From contig CATNEN010000035.1 in the NCBI GenBank assembly GCA_950097015.1, positions 744,001 to 808,000 of the forward strand: a DNA stretch of 64,000 nt. The letters are read 5' to 3'. Positions within the stretch are counted from its first letter, which is position 1; every line of letters begins with the position of its first letter. The stretch is from Macrostomum hystrix. Its lineage: Eukaryota; Animalia; Platyhelminthes. The position numbers and the translations under genes are program-made. Of the stretch, positions 1 through 11,312 are shown piece by piece. The notes under the pieces were generated by a model. That model was not told the origin of the DNA. It saw only the letters and a program-made list of their open reading frames with translations, and ran no database searches.

Positions 1-367
1 ATTCCACATGTAAATTGACATAATTAATCCTAATCTCTAGTGGTAATCGAACCAATTTGTCGAAATCAACAGGTAATTTGACCTGGCTAAACGAAATATA
101 ACGAAATCGATCCCTGATATCAATAGATAGACCACTTTATACTGTTATACTGTTCTACTGTTAAGTTGACCCAATTTACCTAAACCTCATGGAGTTGACC
201 TTCACCGAATAACCCCTGGTAATTGACCCGATTCTCCCAAATTCCCAGGTAAATAACCCATTTCGCTGTACCCAGTTAATTGAGTTGCTGTGATAATTGT
301 CCCAACTCAGCGATTTAGTCCCTAATTCTGTTAATCACCGAAAATTCACATAAATCCCCCCACCCAG

Positions 368-1952
368 GTGAATCCGGTAGCCCGCACGCAGCTGGTTCGC
401 TGCCTGAATGCCATCCTAACTCGTCGCCGCCTACGCCCGGCCTCCTACAAGTCGCTAATTGAATCCGTGGCCACGGCAGCCGACGGCGACATTCGAGCAG
501 CCGTCTCCGGTTTGCAATTTAGCCTGCAATTCGCGCTGACTACTACTGGCAGTAGCTCGGGTGGGGTGCTGTTCAGAGATACGCCATATCAGCTGTTTCA
601 CGCTGTGGGCAAATTGTTGCACGCCAAGAGGGCCGACACAGCGACTCGGGAGGCCGCACCGCCGCTGCTCGAAGAGCCCGAGACTGTCTCTGAGCGATGC
701 AGCCTGCCTGTGGATCTGCTGCTTTCCTTCGTTCAGGTAAGCCTGCTTCAGAATTCCCTGGGGAACTGGAGAATGGTAGAGATTCAGCCACCCCTGAGGA
801 TGATCGCAGAGATTCAGCCACCCCTGAGGATGATCACAGAGATTCAGCCACCCCTGAGGATGATCGCAGAGATTCAGCCACCCCTGAGGATGATCACAGA
901 GATTCAGCCACCCCTGAGGATGATCGCAGAGATTCAGCCACCCCTGAGGATGATAGCAGAGATTCAGCCACCCCTGAGGATGATCGCAGAGATTCAGCCA
1001 CCCCTGAGGATGATCGCAGAGATTCAGCCACCCCTGAGGATGATCGCAGAGATTCAGCCACCCCTGAGGATGATCGCAGAGATTCAGCCACCCCTGAGGA
1101 TGATGGCAGAGATTCACCAGCCCTGAGGATGATGGCAGCGATTCAGCCACCCCTGAGGATGATCGCAGAGATTCAGCCACCCCTGAGGATGATAGCAGAG
1201 ATTCAGCCACCCCTGAGGATGATCGCAGAGATTCAGCCACCCCTGAGGATGATCGCAGAGATTCAGCCACCCCTGAGGATGATCGCAGAGATTCAGCCAC
1301 CCCTGAGGATGATCGCAGAGATTCAGCCACCCCTGAGGATGATCGCAGAGATTCAGCCACCCCTGATGATGATCGCAGAGATTCACCAGCCCTGAGGATG
1401 ATGGCAGAGATTCACCAGCCCTGAGGATGATGGCAGAGATTCACCAGCCCTGAGGATGATGGCAGAGATTCAGCACCCCTGAGTTGCCGCTTGAATTGAT
1501 TAAAATGTAATCCCATTCTGATCCCGCAGACAAACGCGGCTGTCCACTTCTCCCAGGACGCCATCGAGCCGTTGGCCATGCTTTCCGATGCCTTCAGTCT
1601 GTCCGACAGGCTGTCGGCAGCCTGGAACACCGAGTCTGACGCCAAGCCGCAGGCGATCTCTCTGGCCAGCCGGGCCCTGGTCTATCACCTGTTCGGCCCG
1701 AATCGAGCACCAAATCAGTTCCGACCGATTCGCAAGCCGCCAAAATTGTCTGCTGCCGCTTTCGCCGGCACCGCGTCCGCCGCTCGGGCGGGCATTGACG
1801 CTTTCTACGCTCCGGCCTGCCTGCGACATCGGCTTGCTAAGTCCGCTTCCTCTGCTGCCGCGTCAACTGCCGCCGGCGGCGCCAGGTTTGTCATCTGCCC
1901 GGAGCCGGACCTCCAGCTCGAGGCCACCATTGTCGATGACGATTGGGATTAA
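368..1952 (+). CDS. RAD17: Cell-cycle checkpoint clamp loader RAD17-like, last two exons (368-736, 1530-1952); 5' exons lie outside the window
   Basis: Motifs GDIRAAVSGLQF and RDTPYQLFHAVGKLLHAKR match the RAD17 GDIRxAIxxLQF / RDxxLxLFxALGKILYxKR pattern. AG at 366-367, GTAAG at 737, CAG at 1527-1529; the phase-0 join reads through to an acidic C-terminus DDDWD and TAA at 1950-1952. Confidence 0.8.
778..1480. repeat. 30-bp minisatellite (AGAGATTCAGCCACCCCTGAGGATGATCGC) filling the RAD17 intron
   Basis: Direct tandem copies with 30-bp period; explains the periodic ORFs on both strands. Confidence 0.95.
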
Positions 1953-2008
1953 ATAGTTTTTTGTGTTCACAACAATGGAACTCTTTTAGTGGATTTACAC
2001 CATTTATA

Positions 2009-2570
2009 ATTCCATTCCTCAAGTGTGCTCATCACCCGAATCCCATTCCTCAAGTGTGCTCATCACCCGAATACCATTCCTTAAGTGTGCTCATCACCCG
2101 AATCCCATTCCTTAAGTATGCTCATCACCCGAATTCCATTCCTCAAGTGTGCTCATCACCCGAATCCCATTCCTCAAGTGTGCTCATCACCCGAATACCA
2201 TTCCTTAAGTGTGCTCATCACCCGAATCCCATTCCTTAAGTATGCTCATCACCCGAATACCATTCCTTAAGTGTGCTCATCACCCGAATCCCATTCCTTA
2301 AGTATGCTCATCACCCGAATCCCATTCCTCAAGTGTGCTCATCACCCGAATCCCATTCCTCAAGTGTGCTCATCACCCGAATCCCATTCCTCAAGTGTGC
2401 TCATCACCCGAATCCCATTCCTCAAGTGTGCTCACCATCCATATACCATTCCCTAGGAGTGCTCACTGTCCAAATCCCATTTCTCAGATGTGCTCACCAT
2501 CCAAATCCTATTCCTCAAGTTTGCTCACCGCCCAAAATCCCATTATCCCATTCCTAAGGTGTGCTCACTG
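2009..2570. repeat. 31-bp minisatellite (CCCATTCCTCAAGTGTGCTCATCACCCGAAT) 3' of RAD17
   Basis: CCATTCC recurs at 2043 and 2074; copies degrade towards the 3' edge. Confidence 0.95.
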
Positions 2571-3224
2571 CATGAAGCATGCAAATTTGCTAAAACATTT
2601 GTATTCAGGTTTAATGCACAAACTGCATTTATAGCAAATGTCTAGTGCTATAAAAGATTCTAGTTTCTGTTGCGCATTTTTCTACAGCACTACTACAAAA
2701 CAAAAGGTGCCTCAACCGGTAAAAAGAAAACAGATTTTTTGTTGCTCAATTCTCAACTTTTTATATCCTACCGCAATATGTTACTAGTCTCTATTACAAA
2801 GTTCCAATACGTCTCTCATTGTAATTTCATTGTTATTTACTTTTATTCATCTTTTCATTGTACTTTCTGTTAATAATTCACTCGTTAAAAAATAGTTAGC
2901 GGCGTTGTTACTAACGCCGACTACTTGCAGTTCAGTGAGTAGTATAATAAGCAAATTAATTCAACTGTGCGTGCATTAAATGCAATTGCTGATGAACTGG
3001 TTCTTTTAATAAAAAAATTTTCTTTATCAGAAATTTCTATCCACTGTTAAAATAATTGTGTTCGTGTTCGCATTGTCACATTAATTGCAGCTGTACATGC
3101 ATGCCTATTCGTTATAGTTTTAGTAATTCATCATTCGCTTTACCATTTCAGCGCTGTAGCGAATTCAACGTAGAAGAAAACTTTTTTTTAATGCATAAGA
3201 AGACAAGACCGCACCGATACAGCC

Positions 3225-6200
3225 ATGTCCGCAGACAAGACCAATGAGCGGATCACTGAGATGAACAATGCACCAGAGGATTTGCCTACTCAGCCAATGG
3301 ACTCACCGCCGGCTGTTGATAATCAACTTAGCGATCATGTCGATGCTGCTGGTAATGCTGGTCACCGCCACAGAAACCCGGTTAGCGAGTCCACCAGCGT
3401 ACCGGACATTCAGATTGTCGACGGTGTCGCCAGCGGTTCGCTGCGACGCGTCCAAAGCGACGCCGATCTGGCCAGCGTCAGCGTCCTGTCGCCCGGCCTG
3501 CGGGCCGCTCTGAAATCCGCATCGAAAGCCGCCTCGGCCGCCAGGTCCCAGTTTGACAGACTGGCTGGCGCAGAGGCCAGCTTGTCTTGGATGTTTCCGC
3601 CGAATGTGAGATTGGCTTTTCATCTGGTCTCTGTTCAGAAAACACGGAATTGGGAGCTATCGTGAAGCAGGCAGTGGTTATACTAACAATACTAATTTTC
3701 ATTTCCATCTAGACCTTCGCCGACAAGCATCAGGGAGTTCGTAAGGCGGGTCGCAGGCCCTCTCAGGGCGATGCCAATAAGCCAGCTATGAACCGGCGGG
3801 TACGCAAGTTCTATAAACGCCAGGACGACCTCATTGACACATATGGCAAGATCTACAGCGACATTGTGCAGGTGGGTCAAACTATGAGTCCCCAATCTGA
3901 GGATTGCTGTCTCACCTGATGGTCACTAATCTTAAAGTTAATCTCTCACTTGAAGGTCACTAATCTGAAAGTTAATCTCTCACCTGAAGGTCACTAATCT
4001 TAAAGTTAATCTCTCACTTGAAGGTCACTAATCTGAAAGTTAATCTCTCACCTGAAGGTCACTAATCTTAAAGTTAATCTCTCACTTGAAGGTCACTAAT
4101 CTTAAAGTTAATCTCTCACTTGAAGGTCACTAATCTGAAAGTTAATCTCTCACCTGAAGGTCACTAATCTTAAAGTTAATCTCTCACTTGAAGGTCACTA
4201 ATCTGAAAGTTAATCTCTAACCAGGTCACTAATCTGAAATTTAATCTCTCACCTGAAGGTCACTAATCTTAAAGTTAATCTCTCACTTGACGGTCACTAA
4301 TCTGAAAGTTAATCTCTCACTTGACGGTCACTAATCTGAAAGTTAATCTCTCACCTGGAGGTCACTAATCTTAAAGTTAATCTCTCACTTGAAGGTCACT
4401 AATCTGAAAGTTAATGTCTCACCTGAAGGTCACTAATCTGAAAGTTAATCTCTCACTTGAAGGTCACTAATCTGAAAGTTAATCTCTCACCTGGAGGTCA
4501 CTAATCTTAAAGTTAATGTCTAACCAGGTCACTAATCTGAAAGTTAATCTCTCCCCTGAAGGTCACTAATCTTAAAGTTAATCTCTCCCCTGAAGGTCAC
4601 TAATCTTAAAGGTAATCTCTCACTTGAAGGTCACTTATCTGAAAGTTAATCTCTCCCCTGAAGGTCACTAATCTGAAAGTTAATCTCTCACCTGGAGGTC
4701 ACTAATCTTAAAGTTAATCTCTCACCTGAAAGTCAATAATCTTAAAGTTAATCTCTCACTTGAAGGTCACTAATCTGAAAGTTAATCTCTCACTTGAAGG
4801 TCACTAATCTGAAATTTAATCTCTCACTTGAAGGTCACTAATCTGAAAGTTAATCTCTCACTTGAAGGTCACTAATCTTAAAGGTAATCTCTCACTTGAA
4901 GGTCACTAATCTGAAAGTTAATCTCTCACCTGAAGGTCACTAATCTGAAAGTTAATCTCTCACCTGAAGGTCACTAATCTGAAAGTTAATCTCTAACCAG
5001 GTCACTAATCTGAAATTTAATCTCTCACCTGAAGGTCACTAATCTGAAAGTTAATCTCTCACCTGAAAGTCAATAATCTGAAAGTTAATCTCTCACTTGA
5101 AGGTCACTAATCTTAAAGTTAATCTCTCACTTGAAGGTCACTAATCTGAAATTTAATCTCTCACTTGAAGGTCACTAATCTGAAAGTTAATCTCTCACTT
5201 GAAGGTCACTAATCTTAAAGGTAATCTCTCACTTGAAGGTCACTAATCTGAAAGTTAATCTCTCACCTGAAGGTCACTAATCTGAAAGTTAATCTCTCAC
5301 CTGAAAGTCAATAATCTGAAAGTTAATCTCTCACTTGAAGGTCACTAATCTTAAAGTTAATCTCTCACTTGAAGGTCACTAATCTGAAAGTTAATCTCTA
5401 ACCAGGTCACTAATCTGAAATTTAATCTCTCACCTGAAGGTCACTAATCTGAAAGTTAATCTCTCCCCTGAAGGTCACTTATCTGAAAGTTAATCTCTCA
5501 CCTGAAGGTCACTAATCTGAAAGTTAATCTCTCACCTGAAGGTCACTAATCTGAAAGTTAATCTCTCACCTGAAGGTCACTAATCTGAAAGTTAATCTCT
5601 CCCCTGAAGGTCACTTATCTTAAAGGTAATCTCTCACCAGGAGGTCACTAATCTGAAAGTTAATCTCTAACCAGGAGGTCACTAATCTGAAAGTTAATCT
5701 CTCACTTGAAGGTCACTAATCTGAAAGTTAATCTCTCACTTGAAGGTCACTAATCTGAAAGTTAATCTCTCACCTGAAAGTCAATAATCTGAAAGTTAAT
5801 CTCTCACCTGAAGGTCACCAATCTGATTGTTGTTATCTCACCTGAAGGTCACTTATCTGAAGGTCAATCTTTGACCTGAGTACTTCTATAATGAAAATAT
5901 TCAGCATTTTACAAAGAATCCGCTGTACCTTTATCCCCAACTGACTAGGCCGAAGCGCCTGGAACAGCGGCTGCCAGCGATGCCGAAGGCTCACCCGGTG
6001 CCTCCTCTTGGTGCGCCTGCTGCAACAATCAGGACCAAGAAGCCGAAGACGCCAACGCGAGCTGGTCGATACGACTAGCCCAGCTGTCATTCTCCATCAA
6101 TGTGATCCTGCTGATTATCAAAGCTGTCGCATTCTTTCTATCCGGCTCCCTGTCCGTGATCTCGTCTCTAATCGACTCGCTGATCGATCTGGTCAGCAGT

Positions 6201-7827
6201 GTTGTAGTGTGGGTCGCTAACCGACAGGTGAAGACCCGCAATCCGTATTATTATCCGCAAGGCAAGACCCGGATTGAACCAGTAGCCATTGTTATTCTGG
6301 CTGTCATCATGTCCACCTCAACTGTGCAGATTATCATTCAGGCTATTGAGTCCATTGTTAACAAGGCCACACAGACTAAGACTGCAGCTAGCAATGGAAG
6401 CGCTTGTGAATGCGGTGGCGGGGCCAATGGCAGCCTGTTTGTATTCTCTTCCGATACCAGCGCTTCTAATGGTAGGTCAAGCTCATGGGTCACACGATGG
6501 GTGTCTATGAGCTCATGGGTCACACGGTGGTGTCTCTGAGCTCATGGGTCACACAGTGGGTGTCTATGAGCTCATGGGTCACACAGTGGGTGTCTATGAG
6601 CTCATGGGTCACACGGTGGGTGTCTCTGAGCTCATGGGTCACACAGTGGGTGTCTATGAGCTCATGGGTCACACAGTGGGTGTCTCTGAGCTCATGGATC
6701 ACACGGTGGGTGTCTCTGAGCTCATGGGTCACACGATGGGTGTCTAAGAGCTCATGGGTCACACGATGGGTGTCTATGAGCTCATGGGTCACACGATGGG
6801 TGTCTATGAGCTCATGGGTCACACGATGGGTGTCTAAGAGCTCATGGGTCAACACAGTGGGTGTCTCTGAGCTCATGGGTCACACAGTGGGTGTCTCTGA
6901 GCTCATTGGTCACAGTGTGTGTCTCTGATTTCTCATCCTTCTCATTAGTCACAGTGGGTGTCTCTGATTTCTCATCCTTCTCATTAATCGCAGTGTGTGT
7001 CTCTGATTTCTCATCCTTCTCATTAATCGCAGTGGGTGTCTCTGATTTCTCATCCTTCTCATTAATCGCAGTGGGTGTATCTGATTTCTCATCCTTCTCA
7101 TTAATCGCAGTGGGTGTCTCTGATTTCTCATCCTTCTCATTAATCGCAGTGGGTGTCTCTGATTTCTCATCCTTCTCATTAATCGCAGTGGGTGTCTCTG
7201 ATTTCTCATCCTTCTCATTAATCACAGTGGGTGTCTTTTATTTCTTATCCTGCTCATTCAGATCTGAGCAACTGGCCCTTCACCTTCGGCCTGATCGGTG
7301 CGGTGATCGTGCTCAAGTCTATCCTATTCGTGCTCTGCTACAAGCTGGGAACCACCTCCAGCACCGCGGCCCTGGCTCAGGATCATCGCAACGACTGCAT
7401 CTCCAACACGACTGTGCTCATCATGACCGTGATGTCTACTTACGTTTGGCCCTACCTGGATGCTATTGGCGCCCTGGTCATTAGCATCTACATTATTTAC
7501 ACCTGGGTGCAGACACTCAAAGCCCAAATCCGGCTACTCACTGGCTACACGGCTGATCCCGAATTCCTGAAACAGATCACCTACATCTGCGTCAATCATC
7601 ATCCGCTGATCCAGCAGTTGGAGACTGTGCGCGCCTTTCACATTGGCAACAATTACCTGGTTGAGGTGGACGTTGTGGTGCCCGGCGATTTGGCCCTGCG
7701 CGAAGCTCACGATATTGGCGAATCGCTTCAGCGCAAGCTTGAAATGCTCGGCTGGGTTGAGCGAGCCTTTGTTCACCTGGACTATGAGTTCACTCATCAT
7801 CCGAGCACTGAGCACAAACAGGTCTGA
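3225..7827 (+). CDS. Cation diffusion facilitator, MTP/Mn-CDF-like; exons 3225-3605, 3713-3871, 5949-6471, 7262-7827 (542 aa)
   Basis: Motifs VRKFYKRQDDLID, SLIDSLIDL, GKTRIEPVAI, AQDHRND, TVRAFHIG, LREAHDIGESLQRKLE, VERAFVHLDYE. All junctions are GT-AG and the joined length of 1629 nt is in frame. Confidence 0.9.
3910..5865. repeat. 34-bp minisatellite (GAAGGTCACTAATCTGAAAGTTAATCTCTCACTT) filling CDF intron 2
   Basis: TGAAGG at 3951 and 3985; about 2 kb of tandem copies. Confidence 0.95.
6480..6915. repeat. 30-bp minisatellite (GAGCTCATGGGTCACACAGTGGGTGTCTAT), 5' half of CDF intron 3
   Basis: Tandem copies starting about 8 nt after the donor at 6472. Confidence 0.95.
6920..7236. repeat. 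39-bp minisatellite (CTCTGATTTCTCATCCTTCTCATTAATCGCAGTGGGTGT), 3' half of CDF intron 3
   Basis: CGCAG recurs every 39 bp (6989, 7028, 7067, 7106, 7145, 7184). Confidence 0.95.
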
Positions 7828-8179
7828 ATTGCCACCGGCAACTGTGCGGCCTAAGCTGTCACTGTGTACTTGGCTTCATTAGTTCTGTTTGCTTCAATCC
7901 TATAGCCCTCATTTTTACTAAACTGTACGAATCAATGTACTAAAAATAAAGATATAAGCTATTTTTATTTTACACAGATTTTTTTCCATTAGTCAACAAT
8001 CTGACACAATTATGTCCACCTGTGGCGCACCATTCTGTTTAGTATTTAGTATAATGCGCTGTGTCAGCTTCACAGAATCCGCATCGCTTCAATTCAAATA
8101 TACGGGACCTGAACTTAAACTGAAACTTTAGCTCAGCTGCCTGCTATTTGCCAGCACTGTGACCTTGATTGAGTTTTTA

Positions 8180-9445
8180 TGCCTGCCTGCCTACCTACCT
8201 TCCTGCCTTCCTACCTTCCTGCCTTCCTACCTTCCTGCCTTCCTACCTTCCTGCCTTCCTACCTTCCTGCCTTCCTACCTTCCTGCCTTCCTACCTTCCT
8301 GCCTTCCTGCCTTCCTGCCTTCCTGCCTTCCTACCTTCCTGCCTTCCTGCCTTCCTACCTTCCTGCCTTCCTACCTTCCTGCCTTCCTACCTTCCTGCCT
8401 TCCTACCTTCCTGCCTTCCTGCCTTCCTACCTTCCTGCCTTCCTGCCTTCCTACCTTCCTACCTTCCTGCCTTCCTGCCTTCCTGCCTTCCTGCCTCCCC
8501 TCCTACCTTCCTGCCTTCCTGCCTTCCTGCCTTCCTGCCTTCCTCCCTTCCTGCCTTCCTGCCTTCCTGCCTTCCTCCCTCCTACCTTCTTGCCTTCCTG
8601 CCTTCCTGCCTTCCCTCCTACCTTCCTGCCTTCCTGCCTTCCTGCCTTCCTGCCTTCCTCCCTTCCTGCCTTCCTGCCTTCCTGCCTTCCTCCCTTCCTG
8701 CCTTCCTGCCTTCCTGCCTTCCTCCCTTCCTGCCTTCCTGCCTTCCTGCCTTCCTCCCTTCCTGCCTTCCTGCCTTCCTGCCTTCCTGCCTTCCCTCCTA
8801 CCTTCCTCCCTTCCTGCTTCCTGCCTCCCCTCCTACCTTCCTACCTTCCTCCCTTCCTGCCTTCCTGCCTCCCCTCCTACCTTGCTACCTTCCTCCATTC
8901 CTGCCTTCCTGCCTCCCCTCCTACCTTCCTACCTTCCTGCCTTCCTGCCTTCCTGCCTTCCTGCCTTCCTGCCTCCCCTCCTACCTTCCTGCCCTCCTGC
9001 CTTCCTGCCTTCCTGTCTCCCCTCCTGTGCCTTCCTGCCTTCCTGCCTTCCTGCCTTCCTGCCTTCCTGCCTCCCCTCCTACCTTCCTGCCTTCCTGCCT
9101 TCCTGCCTTCCTGCCTTCCTGCCTCCCCTCCTACCTTCCTGCCTTCCTGCCTTCCTGCCTTCCTGCCTCCCCTCCTACCTTCCTGCCTTCCTGCCTTCCT
9201 GCCTTCCCTCCTACCTTCCTGCCTTCCTGCCTTCCTGCCTTCCTGCCCTCCTGCCTTCCTGCCTTCCTGCCTTCCTGCCTCCCCTCCTGCCTTCCTGCCT
9301 TCCTGCCTTCCTACCTTCCTGCCTTCCTGCCTCCCTTCCTGCCTTCCTGCCTTCCCACCTTCCTACCTTCCTGCCTTCCTGCCTTCCTACCTTCCTGCCT
9401 TCCTGCCTCCCTTCCTGCCTTCCTACTTTCCTCCCTTCCCACCTA
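8180..9445. repeat. Compound (CCTT/CCTG/CCTA)n polypyrimidine microsatellite
   Basis: Continuous 4/8-bp periodicity. Confidence 0.97.
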
Positions 9446-10849
9446 TCTATCTGTCTGATATTTTGTGAATTCCCGTTGCAAATAGCTGTTGTTAAAAACA
9501 AACTACGGAGGTCACATGATATTTAATTTTTTAGCATTTTCAATCGATCTGTTGCGTTTTTTTTCTACTCGTTTTAGCTTTCTTTTGCGTCAATAAACAA
9601 GTAGTATATAGCGTCTAACGCTTTTTTAAGCACTATTTTCAGTATTTTTCTCATTGCTGCGTTGAACTACTTTTCTGTGCATAAAGGTGATTTGATTATT
9701 GATACTCAAGGACGAACTTTATAATTTCGCCGAATCCCGGACACTATAACCTTGCCGGATATGTTTGCAATTCGCATGGCTTCCACAAGCGACCTCGATA
9801 TATCGAGTAAAGCCTCTGGATATTTTCCGCTTCTGACTTCTAGATTATTTTATTATTTTTCAGTCATTCCCATGTCATTTTTGTCAACTTCTTAGTTCTT
9901 TAATTATTATTAAGCATTAGTACGAGTAATTTCCTGAGTCTAAAATATACAGCTGACACATTTACAACTCAAGTTCAAGTTTTGTGCGCTAGTTGTACTA
10001 GTTTTTTAGTTTTCGCTGGCACATTTTTACTGCCTATCAATGCTACAGCATGCGTTTTTACGTATCTAGTTTCTGTTTTATTTTAATTTTACATTTTAAT
10101 TTAATTTTACCTAAACAATGCACAGGTGGATCAGGTAGTTATTAGGTGGCAGATGGCCGTTCACATTTATGTTTAATAATTGCAATATTGTTCACGTAAA
10201 TAAGGACATATTCAAAAATCTGCGAGCAAAATAGCTTTCGCTGTTATGATAAAAGCTCAGCAAGTAAAGCTTTTGTTTCAGTTCTACGTTAAACTACACT
10301 TTGAAAACTACAGTCCTCCAGCAGAATCTGTTCTGCAGTGTATCTGAGATTTAGTATTTGGCGTTTTTAATTAAGTAAAATTGACGATCATCTCTTTTAG
10401 CGCTGTGTTGTCAGTTGAATCCTGCGAGGCAAAAGTGCGCCTACAATCCGCATTACAAATCCCTACTTTTTACTTAAACTTATGATCCTGACCGAAGTAC
10501 AAGTAAATGTGAGTATGTATAGCAATAGTAATAGTAACACAGAATAAGCAATTTTTACATTTCACACTTTTACCATTTTTGCTGCAATAAGGTTACAGTT
10601 AGTGTTGGGCATTAACTAGTTAAACAGTTAACTTTCTGTTATCGAAGTTAAAGTTTTTGCAAATTCGTTAAAAAACCGTTACTTTTTTAAGTTAACGATC
10701 GTTAATAACTTTTGTTATTTTTTCCCCAAAAGTTAAAAGTTAAATGGCAAAAGTTAATTTTTTGCAAAAAAATAGTCTGTATAGCGAAAAGGGATATTGT
10801 ACATTGAAATCATTAATTTTACGCGTGCCAGTCCAAGTCGGTGGCACGC

Positions 10850-11117
10850 GAGAAGGTACCTCGATCGAACACGTGCCCAGGAAATTCTAACTGCATGGCT
10901 GAACGGTGCCTGGAAATCGCATCATGGTTTTACAGACACGGCCTTTAACGACCCTTATAATCGCGAGACTTTTTGTGCGCTACAATACCGCAATTCCATC
11001 CAGCGCGGCCGTCGAGAGATCTCCATGGGGACCGATGTGCTCCGCGCAAAAACAGCGCCACTAGCTGATACGACACTAACCCGCCTGTTGCTTCTAGGGG
11101 GCAACCGCCATTTGTGA
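10850..11117 (+). pseudogene. Frameshifted C-terminal dimerisation domain of a hAT transposase
   Basis: From 10957 reads IIARLFVRYNTAIPSSAAVER; after a frameshift, from 11025, reads MGTDVLRAKTAPLADTTLTRLLLLGGNRHL-stop. This matches the hAT ..NTxIPSSAxVERxFS..R..L.D....LL.L..N pattern. Confidence 0.8.
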
Positions 11118-11119
11118 CT

Positions 11120-11312
11120 TGTTGTAGCATGGCTCACTGAAGCTCCGGGTGTTGTGGTGTGGCTCACTGAAGCTCCGGGTGTTGTGGCGTGGCTCACTGA
11201 AGCTCCGGGTGTTGTGGCGTGGCTCACTGAAGCTCCGGGTGTTGTGGCGTGGCTCACTGAAGCTCCGGGTGTTGTGGTGTGGCTCACTGAAGCTCCGGGT
11301 GTTGTGGTGTGG
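11120..11312. repeat. 30-bp minisatellite (GGCTCACTGAAGCTCCGGGTGTTGTGGCGT), about 6 copies, inside the hAT element
   Basis: Direct tandem copies starting just after the transposase stop codon. Confidence 0.95.

Noticed and set aside
8159-9526. Long LPSC/PAF-rich ORFs in three frames
   Set aside because: Translation of a pyrimidine microsatellite that cannot contain stop codons.
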